Source: an uncultured Planctomycetaceae bacterium
GTDB lineage: Bacteria > Planctomycetota > Planctomycetia > Planctomycetales > Planctomycetaceae
DNA length: 64,000 nucleotides
Assembly: GCA_963813715.1 (NCBI GenBank)
Contig: CAWFAK010000007.1
Span: 416,001 to 480,000, forward strand
Direction of reading: 5' to 3'
Positions 35,517 through 47,058 of the stretch are shown here, piece after piece; within the stretch, counting starts at the first letter, position 1; every line of letters begins with the position of its first letter. A program made the translations under genes and the position numbers. The notes below the pieces were generated by a model. It did not search any database, had not been told where the DNA came from, and was given only the letters and a program-made list of their open reading frames with translations.

Positions 35517-36971
35517 CTAGGCGATCAATTCTTGAACGACGTTGCCATGCACGTCGGTCAGGCGGAAATCGCGGCCGGCGAAGCGATAGGTCAGCTTTTT
35601 GTGATCGAGGCCCATCAGGTGCAGCATGGTGGCGTGCAGGTCGTGGATGTGGACCTTGTTTTCCACGGCCTGGAAGCCGCATTCGTCCGTGGCTCCGTGG
35701 ACGTAGCCCCCTTTGACGCCGCCGCCGGCCATCCACATCGTGAAGCCGTAGTGGTTGTGATCGCGGCCGTTGATCTTCCCAGCGTTGGCTCCCTTTTGCG
35801 GCAGCTCGACGGTCGGCGTGCGGCCGAATTCGCCGCCGCAGATCACCAGCGTCTGGTCGAGCAGGCTCCGCTGCTTCAGATCGGTCAGCAGCGCGCTCAC
35901 GGCCTTGTCGATCGATGCCGCCAGGTCGCTGTGCCGTTCCTTCAAATCGTCGTGACTGTCCCAGGGTTGCCCCTGACCTTGCCAGACCTGCACATAGCGG
36001 ACGCCCCGCTCGACGAGCCGCCGGGCAATCAACAGCTGCCGCGCTTCGACGTTCGTGCCGTAGGCCTCCAGCACGTGGGCCGGCTCGCGATCGACGTCGA
36101 AGGCGTCGGTGGCTTCCATCTGCATGCGATAGGCGAGCTCGAACGACTGGATGCGGGCCTGTAGCGCGCTCTCGTTCTGCCGCCGCTCCGCGTGCCGGCG
36201 ATTCATCTCCTGGATCAGGTCGAGCTGGCGGCGCTGCTGCTTGGAGGTGATGGTGCGGTTACGGATGTTGGCGATCAGCTTGTCGACCTGCGTGAACTGC
36301 GTGTCGACATAGGTGCCTTGGTAGCTGCCGGGCAAGAACGCCGACTGCCAGTTCTCGGTGTCCTTGATCGGGTAGCCGCGGGGGCAAAGCACGACGAACG
36401 CCGGCAGGTTCTGGTTTTCGGTCCCCAGTCCGTAGGTGAGCCAAGAGCCGACGCTCGGCCGCGGCAGCGTGGCGTCGCCGCAGTTCATCAGCATCAGCGA
36501 CGGTTCGTGATTGGGAACGTCGGCGTGCATCGAGCGGACCACGCACAAGTCGTCGGCATGTTGCCCCAGATGCGAAAACAGCTCGCTGATCTCGATTCCG
36601 CTTTGACCGTATTTCTTGAATTTGAACGGCGAAGCGAAGGCGGCTCCCGTCTTCCGCTCGGTCCGCAGGTTTTCGTTGGGCAGCGGTTTGCCGTGGTAGC
36701 GGGCCAAAAGCGGCTTGGGGTCGAACGTGTCGACGTGCGACGGTCCGCCGTTCAGGAAGATGTGAATGATGTGCTTGGCGCGGGCTGGAAACTGCGGCGG
36801 CTTGGGAGCCAGCGGATTCTCGAAGTCTATCGCGCGGGCCGGCGCCGACCCCATCAGCGATGCCAGGCCAAACACTCCCATTCCCAGGCCCGACTGCACC
36901 AGCATTTCCCGCCGTGTGCAAAAGGACCCGTCGGTCTGGGCGGCAAGCGACTTGAGAAATCGATCAATCAT
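35517..36971 (-). CDS. DUF1501 domain protein
   Basis: TRREML Tat-like start, GGPSHVDTFDPKP, ARRLVERGVR, GEFGRTP, GRDHN, HDLHAT. Confidence 0.95.
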   Translation of the reverse strand: MIDRFLKSLAAQTDGSFCTRREMLVQSGLGMGVFGLASLMGSAPARAIDFENPLAPKPPQFPARAKHIIHIFLNGGPSHVDTFDPKPLLARYHGKPLPNENLRTERKTGAAFASPFKFKKYGQSGIEISELFSHLGQHADDLCVVRSMHADVPNHEPSLMLMNCGDATLPRPSVGSWLTYGLGTENQNLPAFVVLCPRGYPIKDTENWQSAFLPGSYQGTYVDTQFTQVDKLIANIRNRTITSKQQRRQLDLIQEMNRRHAERRQNESALQARIQSFELAYRMQMEATDAFDVDREPAHVLEAYGTNVEARQLLIARRLVERGVRYVQVWQGQGQPWDSHDDLKERHSDLAASIDKAVSALLTDLKQRSLLDQTLVICGGEFGRTPTVELPQKGANAGKINGRDHNHYGFTMWMAGGGVKGGYVHGATDECGFQAVENKVHIHDLHATMLHLMGLDHKKLTYRFAGRDFRLTDVHGNVVQELIA

Positions 36972-36985
36972 GGCGACCGCCGTCC

Positions 36986-39900
36986 TTAGTCGACAAACAC
37001 AAATTCGTTGGAAACCAACAGGGCCTGGGCTAGTTGCTCCCAGGCGGACAGGCGTGCCGGAGCCGGTCCGGAAAAATCGTTCACCGAGTGCCACAACTGC
37101 ACGAGGCTATTGGCCGAGCCGGCGACTTGCTTGGTGCGAATCACGGGAGCCCAGCTGAAGGAGTCGCTGTCGTCCGATTGCCGGCAATCGACGACGAAGT
37201 CGATCGTCTCGCCCGGCTGCACGCTGAGTGACGCGACGTCCGTCGGGTGCCGATCGTGCTTGACCGTCCACTGTTCGACGATGCCCCGGCGGCTGGAAAC
37301 AATCGAGCCCCGCACGCCGTCGCCGTGATCGGCCGGATGCTCGAGCATGCCGTGAATCTCGATGTCGCCGGCAATCGGCGAGACCCAGCGACGGATGGCG
37401 GAGTGATGCTGGTCGACGCCCGGATGCCCGCCCCGCGCGGTGAGATGCAGATAGCTGAGCTGGGGATCGGGCAGCTTTGCCATTCCCCAGCGCTGATCGA
37501 CGAACCGCGGGAATGGATGGAAATCGCGGACGCACTTGGCTTCGAGATCGAGCGTGCCGTAACCGTAGTGCCACGCGCTCACCACGTCGTCCGGCGGGGC
37601 TTTCGTGTCAGAACTCGCGACGTAGGCCAGCGCGGATTGCAGTTCGTCCTCCGACGGATCTCGGGCGAACGCCCGGCGATAGAGGAATTTCACCCGCTCG
37701 GCCGGCTGCTTCGCCGCGTCTGCGCGGATCAAGGCCTGAGCCCGAGCGACGAGGAACGGCGAATTGAGCGCGAACAGCGCTTGCTGCGGAATGGTCGTCT
37801 GCGGCCGCTGGGCCACGCTCACGTCGGGACTGGCAAAGTCGAACGTGCGGAAAAGCTGCGGCAAGTCCTGGCGATCGATGAATGCGTAGATCGACCGCCG
37901 CCCCTGCCCCACCGATTGCTGAATGTCGAAGCCGCGTCCGCCGATCGTGAGGTCGAGATCGCCGGCGACGGCCAGCCATGAGTCCCGCATCGGCTCGAAC
38001 TCGAGCCGCGCTGGGTTTTTCCGCCACAGCAGTTTGTTTTCCGGATCCTTCTCTTGCTGGTCGGGCCGCAGCATGCTGGCTTGTTGATAAACGGCCGAAA
38101 GCAAAATCTGCCGATGCAGCGTCTTGAGGGACCAGCCCTCCTGCATGAAGTGGGTGGCGAGATAATCGAGCAGTTCGGGATGCGACGGCGGCGTGCCGCG
38201 GATACCGAAGTCGCTGGGTGTCCGTACGATGCCGGCGCCAAAGTGATGCATCCAGACGCGATTGGCGATCACCCGCGCCGTGAGTGGATTCCGCGGACTG
38301 GCAATCGCCAGCGCCAGCTCCAGGCGGCCGCTCCCCTTTTTGAAGACGCGTCCCCCTTCGCTGCCGACGGCCTGCAGGAAGTGGCGCGAGACCTGCTTGC
38401 CCGGTCGGCCCGGGTTGCCGCGCACAAAGACGACCGGCTCGACCGGGGTCGGCAAGTCGAAGAGGACCATGCCTCGCGGCGGCGCGGCGGGCGAGTTGGC
38501 CCGCAGCGATTCGATCTTATTCATCAGTTTCGTGAGCTCGTTGCGCACCGCACGATCGATGACACGTTTGACGTCCTGCGTCGCGATGACCACCGGGCTG
38601 TCTTCCCGATAGACGACCTGCCGCAATTCTTCCCAGTCCCGCTCGGGCAGCACTGCAGGCTTCGCCGGCGGAGCTTTAGCAGCGGAAGGACTGGTCGCGG
38701 GCTCCTGCGGCTTCTGCCAGCGCTCGTGGGCTTCGACGAGCAACTCGCCATACACCGCGGCGACGTCCGCCATCGACTTGGGCGGTGTCTTCACAAACGC
38801 ATCGCGGACGAGGGGATTGATTCGCGTTGAGCTCTTATTCTTGGTGTCGACGGTCGTCGGCATCGCCTTGAGCTTGGCGACCGCTTCGGGCACGCGGGCG
38901 GCGAATTCTTTCTGCGGCAGCCGCGCGAATTCGCGCCACGCAACGAAGACTGCGTCGGGCTTTTCTACCATGCGATCGAGGTACAGCGACCAGCGGCGCA
39001 CCAGGAGCGGACGCAGCTTGTACTTTTCGGCCGCTTTGCGATCGGCGCCCGCTTCTTTCCGGCTCTCCCAGGCCGCCCGCAGGTAGTCGCCGACTTTCTT
39101 GCGGGCGTGCTCTTCCATCTCGGTCCGCTTGCGATCGACGAATTGATCGCGGGCCCCTTCTCGCCGCTGCAGCTCCTTCTCGTATTGGCGATAGGCAGCC
39201 GTCTGCGGCAGATCGTTGAGCAGCGGCAGCTCGGCCGGCTCCGTGCAGCTGGCAAAGACCCCGTAGAGCGAGTAGTAGTCGTCGGTCGGAATCGGGTCGA
39301 ACTTGTGGTCGTGGCAGCGGGCGCACGTGACGCTCAGCCCCAGCAATCCGCGGGAGACGACGTCGATGCGGTCGTCGATGATGTCGTTGACGTTGTTGCT
39401 GAACCGCCGGCCGACAGTCAAGAAGCCCATCGCCGCCAGCGAGCTGTGATCGAGCTTCAGGTTCAACTGGTCGGCGGCCAACTGCTCCACGATGAAGCGG
39501 TCGAAGGGGAGATCCTTGTTGAACGCGTCGACGACGTAGTCGCGGTACGTGTAGGAGAACGGATAGCGGCGTTCTTCAGTGAAGACATAACCCTTGGAAT
39601 CGGAGTAGCGGGCAACGTCGAGCCAGTGACGTCCCCAACGTTCGCCATAAAGCGGTGACGCGAGCAGACGATCGACGACGGTCGCCACCGCGTCGGGCGA
39701 ACGATCCTGCTCGAAGGCCTGCACTTCCGCGTAAGTCGGCGGCAAGCCGATCAAGTCAAACGACAGCCGACGCAAAAGCGTGCGGCGATCGACGGCCGGC
39801 GACGGAGTGAGGCCCGCGGACTCGAGCTTCGCCAAGACGAAGCGGTCGATCGGCGTCTTCACCCACGCTTCGTTCTTGACGGCCGGCGGCGTCGGCGAGG

Positions 39901-40440
39901 TCACCGGTTGCAACGACCACATCGTCTTCTTGGCCTGCACGACTCCTTCGGGACTGCTCAGTCGCAGCGGAGCGGTGACGGCGGCCTTCGGGAAATAGGC
40001 GCCGTGACGAATCCACTCTCGCAAGATCTGGGTGTCGCCGTCGGCCAGCTTCCCGTCTGGCGGCATCTTGGTTTCGTCTTTGTAGCCGATGACCTCCATC
40101 AGGCGGCTGGTCTCGGGATGGCCGGGACGCACGACGCCTTCGTCCGGATTGACTCCCAAAATCCCGTCGGCCGAATCGAGCCGCAGCCCCCCCTTCTGCT
40201 GCTTCTCGCCGTGACACTTGACGCAGCGGGCGGCCAACAGCGGGCGGACCTTCGCTTCGAAGAAGGCCTCTTGCTCCGTGTCGCCGTGGGCGGCAGGCGG
40301 GGCCTTCGGGGCCTCGGGCGGCGCGCCGAGCGAGAATTGAGCCAGCGCGAATTGAGCGATCGCCGCGCAGCTCAAAGTCACACCGAGTCGGGCCGCGGCG
40401 CGCAGGCCGGCGCGTAAGCCGATCAGTTCGCACTCAGCAT
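36986..40440 (-). CDS. PSD1/planctomycete cytochrome c protein (DUF1549 + DUF1553)
   Basis: CVKCHG heme motif, GERWGRHWLDVARYSD, CARCHDHKFDPI, NPLTARVIANRVW, PSHPELLD, SNEFVFVD; start uncertain (possible frameshift). Confidence 0.95.
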
Positions 40441-40745
40441 TTCTCCCAGCTTGTCTGTCAAACGGAGGGCATTGGGATCAGCGGCAATCGAAGGAATCCG
40501 ATTGAGCCGATCGTTCGGGCGGGCTAACCATTGCGGGCGTTCGGGCGTAAACCCCGAACGGGAGTCGGGCGGGACAGTCCAAGCGCGAAAACCGTCAAAG
40601 CGGCCGTGCATCCACAATTCTAGCCTGCGGGGCACGACAAACGGAAGCGGTTCCCGTCCGAAAGCATCGGCCGGCGGCGCCGAGCGGCTTGACCTCGGGA
40701 CATCCGTTCATGCCAACCGGTAAGCGGCTAGTGCGACCTGGCAGC

Positions 40746-41954
40746 TCAGACCGTGAGTTCTTTGAAGATCGTGTCGGACCAGGCGACGGCGTCGAGGTAG
40801 TTGCGCATCATCGGGTTTTCGTCCGCATCGGTTTCGACCCCGCCCGACGGCGTGTCCAGGTTAGTCTCGTAATCGAGCACTTTTTGCAACGTCGGCCCGA
40901 ATGGTCCTTCGCGGTTCAAAAGGGCCGACTTCACGTCGTCGGACAGTGGCAGCTCGGCCAGGATCTCTTCCATCGGCCGCCCGGCCAGCACGTCGAGCAC
41001 GGAGAACAGCCCGACGGTGAAGCAACTTTCGGCATCGACCAACCGATCGGCCTTCCCCAGCGTTTCGCACATCCGCGCGGATGTTGGCCGTGACCAACAC
41101 TTCGCGCGGGCAATGCGTCAGGCGGCTGAGCGTCAACAGCGTGGCCCACGAGCGGAGCTTCTGCGGACCGACCAGCGCGACGGCGGTGCCGATCGATTTG
41201 ACCGGCACGCGCAGGCCCACGTGCGTCGAGTTGATGAACTTGAGCAGTTTCTGCGCGAGGACCGGCTCGCGGACGATCAGTGATTCCACCTCTTTGAGCG
41301 AGATGTCCGGCGCGTTGAGGCTGGCGATCAGCCGCAAGGTGGTGAGCCGATCGGAGGGCGTCCGCCGCCCGGTGACGAGCCGCGGCCGGGAGAAGAAGTA
41401 TCCCTGAAACAATTCGAAGCCGAGCGCGCGGCAATGATCGTACTCTTCCGGCGTCTCCACTTTTTCGGCCAGCAGCGTGACCGGGAACCGCCGCAAGCGA
41501 TCCATCTCGGCGCGGAAGGTCTTCGGGATCCGTGCGAAGATCCATCTTCACGATCGACGCCATTCCCAACAGGCGGTCGTACCCGGGGAGATAGATGAAA
41601 TCGTCGAGGGCCAGCCGAAACCCGGATTCAATCAACCCCGCCAGGGCCGAGACGAGTTCCTCGGTCGCCTCGGCGTTTTCCAGCAGCTCCAGCACAATGC
41701 GATCGGCAGGGAGCGCGGTGCAGTGGCCGCTGAGGATGAAGCTCGGCGCGAAATTGACGAACGCGCTGTGCGGCCCCACGACGTTGTTGAGGCCGATTTC
41801 CACCAGCGTGTTGCTCAGCACCTGGCTGGTGGCGTCGTCGGCTCCGATGACGGTCGCTTCGGTCGTCTCTTCGTTGGCCCGATAGAGCAACTCGTAGGCG
41901 ACGACCTTGAGATCACGGTCGAAAATCGGCTGGCGCAAGACAGACCGCCGTCAT
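40746..41954 (-). CDS. EAL and HDOD domain protein (YuxH/PdeH-like), frameshifts
   Basis: RQPIFD..AYELLYR, LALDDF, LAEKVET, FQGYFF, HDOD helices, GLFSVLD. Confidence 0.9.
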
Positions 41955-42224
41955 GGCATCCCCTGTGTGTGCCGGGCGCCGGTTGTCACCTCGACCATCG
42001 ACCCGTCGCTGGGAATCTTAGCGAGACCGCGGCCGGGCTCCTAGCGGCTTTTTTGCGACAACTCGACGATAGCCCGTGCGCGCCTGCGTAAATTTTTGTT
42101 GACCGCGCCCGTTTATCGTCATTAGAAGAGAAAGGAGAGCCCTCTCGAGCTTCACAATTCTGTCGGCCTTCACGTTCCGCCCACGCAAGGAACCGACTTG
42201 AAAACCGCGCTGTCGACTCGCCCG

Positions 42225-42665
42225 ATGCAACTCTCCCGTCAACTGTACCTCACTCCGGTCCGCGTGGTTTCAGTCGCCGCAGTGCTGCTCACCGTTATCA
42301 GCCTGGCCGCCCCGGCGCAGGCCAAGCAGCCGGCCGCGGACTGCTGCCCGCCCACGGCGGCAACATACGCGCCGTCGTACACCGTTTACGGCACTCGCTA
42401 TTACGGTTCCATCGATCCGTATCCGATCGGCTATTACCCGTACGCCTCGGCCTACGGCACGGCCGGGTATGCGGTGGGCTATTATCCTTATGCTCAGCCC
42501 GTGGTCGCGGTGCCGCCGCCGGCGTACCCTTATCCCTATCCCTCGCCCTACGCGTTCGGCTATTACGGCTACCGCAGCTGGCCGTGGGCCTATTACGGCT
42601 ACCCGGGCTGGGGTTGGGGCGGTGGCACTTGGGGCTGGGGCGGCGGCTGGCCGTACGGCTTCTAG
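42225..42665 (+). CDS. Small secreted Tyr/Pro/Gly/Trp-rich low-complexity protein
   Basis: Signal peptide ending APAQA, DCC, YYPY repeats, GWGWGGGTWGWGGGWPYGF tail. Confidence 0.75.
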   Translation: MQLSRQLYLTPVRVVSVAAVLLTVISLAAPAQAKQPAADCCPPTAATYAPSYTVYGTRYYGSIDPYPIGYYPYASAYGTAGYAVGYYPYAQPVVAVPPPAYPYPYPSPYAFGYYGYRSWPWAYYGYPGWGWGGGTWGWGGGWPYGF

Positions 42666-42707
42666 TCCAGGGCGTCAGCGGGTGGGCGAAAGCACGGAGG
42701 AAAGTTG

Positions 42708-43100
42708 ATGCCGAGTCCCCCGCATTCCGAGGGCGATCCTCACAATCTGCCCCCTGCCCGCAGCGCACCGAATCCTCCACTAAGCGCTTCACCGGCGACT
42801 CCAATCGCACCCGTCGGCGGCCGCAGCCCGCTGCAATTCTCCAAGCAGCAATTGATCCTGGCCGTCGCGATTGCCGCGGCCTCCGACCTGCTCTGCGCGT
42901 TCGTTGTCTTTGCGCCGCCGCTCGTATGGTTGATCGACGGGGCCACGGCCCTGTTGCTGTTCGCCGTTCTCGGCTGGCACTGGCTGCTCTTGCCCGGGTT
43001 GATCTTCGAGGCAATCCCCGGCTTTGCCGTCGTGCCGTTCTGGCTGCTGGTCGTCGCTGGGATCGCCTTTTGGGGGACAGCCCGGCCGAAGTTGAAATGA
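42708..43100 (+). CDS. Hypothetical membrane protein
   Basis: Pro-rich N-terminus then ~4 hydrophobic segments (..EAIPG..PFW). Confidence 0.7.
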   Translation: MPSPPHSEGDPHNLPPARSAPNPPLSASPATPIAPVGGRSPLQFSKQQLILAVAIAAASDLLCAFVVFAPPLVWLIDGATALLLFAVLGWHWLLLPGLIFEAIPGFAVVPFWLLVVAGIAFWGTARPKLK

Positions 43101-43200
43101 CGCCCAGGCGGTAAGTGACGCCAACTCGCAAATGATGTCTCGGGAGCCGGCGTGACCGCCCATTGCGTCGCGTTCGTGCCGCATTCAAAATGAGGGCGTC

Positions 43201-44667
43201 ATGCGAACGACCACGCAACGGAGTGTCTGGATCCGAATGCTGGCAGTGGCGTCGGCCGGCATTCTTTGGCAGGGGTCGCCCGCGCGAGCTCAGCCGCGCA
43301 TCGTGGTCGCACCTCCAAACGTGGCTGGGGACGAAGCTGGCGAGGCGGCGGCCGCCACGTTCGAGTTCAATCAAGGAGCGATGGTTTTCTTTGACGAGTC
43401 GGCGGTCCAGACTCAGCTCGAAGGTCTCGTCACGAAAAAGATCGCCGTCCTCGATCGTCGCTATCACCTGAGCGCCGGCCAACAACAACGATTGCGGCTC
43501 GCCGGTCAGGGCGACATTCGGCGATTGTTCGAGCGCTTCCACGTGGCCCGAGAGAAATTCGTCGCGGCCTCGCGCCGGCGAAACGAGGAGGAAATCCGCC
43601 GCGGCCGAGCCGCCGCCGCCGTTCTCAACTTCGAGTTCACGCGGGGGCCGTTCGCCGAGGCATCGCTGTTCGCGAAGGCAGAAAACGCCGTTCTCCTGCC
43701 GGAACAACTCGCCACATTCGAGCGCGGGTGCCGCCGCGTCGCCGCCGGCTCGACGCGGAAAATCACGCTCGATAACGCCCGCCGCCTGCAGACGGCCGCA
43801 CTGTTCCGCAAAGACGTCCGCCAATTCGGTTGGACGCCGCGAAATGACGAAATCGCGATCCTCGGCTTCTTCGGGACATTGGAGATCTGTGCCCGAGATA
43901 CCCTGCGCGTGCGGCGGTCGTTGGGCAAGGGGCACTCGTTGGGGCCGTTTGACGTCCGCGGCGACTGGTGCGCCGTGGGCCCTGGCGACGAGTTGACCCA
44001 GGTTTACCTCCTCAATGCGTCGACCGGGCGCGAAGTCGTGGTCCGGGCCGATTTCCATCACGCCACTGCCGATCTGAGTCCCGACGGCCGCTCGCTTGCC
44101 CTGGGCGGCGACGGAAATCGCACCGTGCTCTGGTCGATCGAAAAGAGCGCACGGGTGCGCGAGATCGGCGCAGAACTCACCGGCGGTCCACTCACTCCGG
44201 TCTTCAGCCCGGACGGCAAGATCGTCGCCGTCGGCAGTGGCAACGGCCGCACGTTCCTCTTCGACGTCGCCAGCGGACGGATGCTGCATCGGCTGCAGTG
44301 GCAGGCTAGCCATGAATTGAAATTCGATCCCTCCGGAAAGCGCCTGGCGGTGGCGTATCACGATGGCAACCTCGCCATCTGGGACGCAGCCACGGGAGAA
44401 CTCGCGCAGCGGGCGCTGGGCCGCGTGCAGGAGGTCCATACCATCGACTGGTCACCCGACGGCAAACTACTCGCGTCGGGCGGACTGCTGGGCTCAGTGA
44501 CGGTGTGGGATGCGGCCACCCTCAAGTCGCTCATCGATCTGGATGCGCCGGACTTGGTCCACTGCGTGCGCTTCAATCCGGAGGGAACACGCCTCTACTT
44601 TGCGGGCGGTCCGGCGCAGCCGAGCCGCGTGTGCGACCTGGAAGTGTGGGCCGTGCCGGCCGAATGA
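43201..44667 (+). CDS. Exported protein with helical N-domain and WD40 beta-propeller
   Basis: Signal peptide, LSAGQQQRLRLAGQGDIRR, FSPDGK/WSPDGK repeats; intact 488 aa. Confidence 0.88.
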   Translation: MRTTTQRSVWIRMLAVASAGILWQGSPARAQPRIVVAPPNVAGDEAGEAAAATFEFNQGAMVFFDESAVQTQLEGLVTKKIAVLDRRYHLSAGQQQRLRLAGQGDIRRLFERFHVAREKFVAASRRRNEEEIRRGRAAAAVLNFEFTRGPFAEASLFAKAENAVLLPEQLATFERGCRRVAAGSTRKITLDNARRLQTAALFRKDVRQFGWTPRNDEIAILGFFGTLEICARDTLRVRRSLGKGHSLGPFDVRGDWCAVGPGDELTQVYLLNASTGREVVVRADFHHATADLSPDGRSLALGGDGNRTVLWSIEKSARVREIGAELTGGPLTPVFSPDGKIVAVGSGNGRTFLFDVASGRMLHRLQWQASHELKFDPSGKRLAVAYHDGNLAIWDAATGELAQRALGRVQEVHTIDWSPDGKLLASGGLLGSVTVWDAATLKSLIDLDAPDLVHCVRFNPEGTRLYFAGGPAQPSRVCDLEVWAVPAE

Positions 44668-44697
44668 CAGGTCGGATTGATAAAACCGGATGCCTCG

Positions 44698-45090
44698 ATG
44701 CCACACCCGCGCGTGCTCGTTGTTCTGCCGCTTCGGCTGGCCGTTTGTCGACTGGGGCCGAAAGACCCGCTGCCCGGCTGGGCAACCGGCGGCGAGTTCT
44801 GTTCGATCACTCGGACGGCCGACGAGCTGTCGATCGTCTGCTCTCAGGATCTCGTTCCCGACGGAACGCGCTGCGAACGCGAGTGGCGTTGTCTGCGCGT
44901 CGCCGGTGCGATGCCGTTCGAGCTGCTCGGCGTCGTCGCCGGGTTGACGGCGCCGCTGGCGGCCGCGGGGTTGAGCGTCTTTGTCCTCTCCACGTTCGAC
45001 ACCGACTACCTGCTCGTGAAGCAGCCGCAATGGGCCGCCGCGCTGGAGGTGTTGGGGCGTCAAGGCTACGCGATCGACGAGCCAATCTAG
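44698..45090 (+). CDS. ACT domain protein (ACT_7/CASTOR-like)
   Basis: SITRTADELSIVC, WRCLRV, LSTFDTDYLLVK. Confidence 0.9.
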   Translation: MPHPRVLVVLPLRLAVCRLGPKDPLPGWATGGEFCSITRTADELSIVCSQDLVPDGTRCEREWRCLRVAGAMPFELLGVVAGLTAPLAAAGLSVFVLSTFDTDYLLVKQPQWAAALEVLGRQGYAIDEPI

Positions 45091-45324
45091 CCGGCGTAAG
45101 CCCGCGGAAGTGCGTGGCGAGCGAACGCAGCGCGAGTATAATCGGGCCGTGCCGCCGGGCCTCATTTCGGGTCGCGTCTGCTCGGAAAATCCCACGGCAC
45201 TGGCCCCATCGTTTCGACCGCCTGTTCAATTTCGTCACGGCCGCTTGAGATCGAAAGCGGCTCGACATTAAATGACACCAACAACCTGAAACTCACGCGG
45301 TCCCGAAATTTACGCGGAGCAGCA

Positions 45325-47058
45325 ATGCCGGCCGACAGTGCCAAAGACGCGAACGAAGCCCGCGCAACCCCCACGTCCTCCGGCAATCCCGGCGCGACTG
45401 CTAGCGGAGACGGCGCACGGCCCCCAGCGGCGGATGCAGCCTCAGCGCATGCGGCAGCTCCGGCAACCAAGAACCGCGCCGCGCTCGCCCGCGCGGCGAA
45501 TTGCTCTGTGGGTCGTCGTGGCCGTCGGCGTCGTGCTGGCTCTCATTTACGGCGTCCCGACGATCGTGCGGATCTTCAACACGATTTCGACGGACGACGC
45601 GTACGTGAACGGTCACGTCACCGCGGTTGCCGCCCGCGTTCCCGGCCAGGTAATGAAAGTCTTTGTCGACGACAATTACCGCGTGAAGAAAGGGGCAGCC
45701 TGCTGGTCCAGTTGGACAAGGAGCCCTACCAGATCCAGGTCGCCCTGAAAAAAGCGGCCTACGAAAACTCCCAGGCCAACCTGCTTGTCGCCATGGACGA
45801 GGTCCGCGGCATCGCTCGGCAATGCGCGGCAGCAATCGGTTCAAGCTGCAGCATGCGATCGAGGACGTCGACAATCAGGTGGCGCTGCTGCGAGCGAACA
45901 TCGCCACCTTGAAGACCCGCCGGGCAACCCTCGTGCGAGCCAAATCCGACTACGATCGCGCCCTCGAGCTGCGGAAGACGCCCGGCGCGATCGCCCCGCA
46001 GGACGTCGATCAACGATCGCGAAGCGTACGACGTCGGCCAGGCGCAGGTCACGCAGGCCCTCGAGTCCGTTTATCAGATTCGCGTTGGCCTGGGGTTGCC
46101 GGCCAAATCGAAAAAGGAGGGAGACGACGCCCTCGGAGAGGTTCCGTCCGATCTCGACCAGACGTATTCGACCGTCCGGCAGGCGCTGGCCACTTTGCTG
46201 CAAAGCGTCGCCCCCCTGAACTTTTTCCCCGCTTCATACGAACTCACTCCCCGGCAAGCCATCGAGCAGTTTTACCGCCAAGATCCGCAAGGGAACCTCG
46301 ACCGCATTTACGCCAAGCTCATCAAGGAGGCGCCGGCGATCAAGCTGGCGGAGGCCAAGCGCGACGAGGCCAAGTCCGACTACGACCAGGCCCAGTTCAA
46401 CCTCCGCTATTGCGACGTCGTCGCCGAGATCGACGGCGTGATCACGCGGCGAAACGTCAACCCGGGCAACAACGTGCAGGCCGGCGAATCGCTGATGGCC
46501 TTGCGCTCGCTCACGGACATCTGGGTCGACGCCAACTTCAAGGAAACGCAACTGCGCCAGCTGCGGATCGGACAGCCGGCCGAGCTGGAAGTCGACATGT
46601 ACGGCAGCCACAAGATCGTTTAAGGGGCGCATCTCGGGCTTCACCTACGGCACCGGCTCGACGCTGGCCCTGTTGCCGCCCGAAAACGCGACGGGCAACT
46701 TCATCAAGGTCGTGCAGCGGTTGCCGGTGCGCATCGACCTGATCGACTACGATCCCGATAAGGATCCCCTGTTCGTCGGCCTGTCGGTGGTTCCCTACGT
46801 CTACTTCAAGGAAAAACCGACCGGGCCGAGCGCGGGGAAAGTGCTGCAGCTGGAGACCGAGCTGCCGATCGTCCACCCGGACGCGCTCCGCACAATCCGG
46901 TGCCGCCCGCGGCACACGGTCTGGCGACACCGACCGCCAGCCCGTCCACAGCCGCCCGAGGGCGGTCCCGCTTTGCCGACGCCGGCCGCTCCCGGAACAG
47001 GCCCCCGTCGCCAGGCGATGGAGCCAAGAGCGGAGCTCCGACGAGGCTCGCGCCGTGA
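45325..47058 (+). CDS. HlyD/EmrA-family membrane fusion protein, several frameshifts
   Basis: STDDAYVNG..VPGQV, WVDANFKETQL, PPENATGNFIKVVQRLPVRI. Confidence 0.88.
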
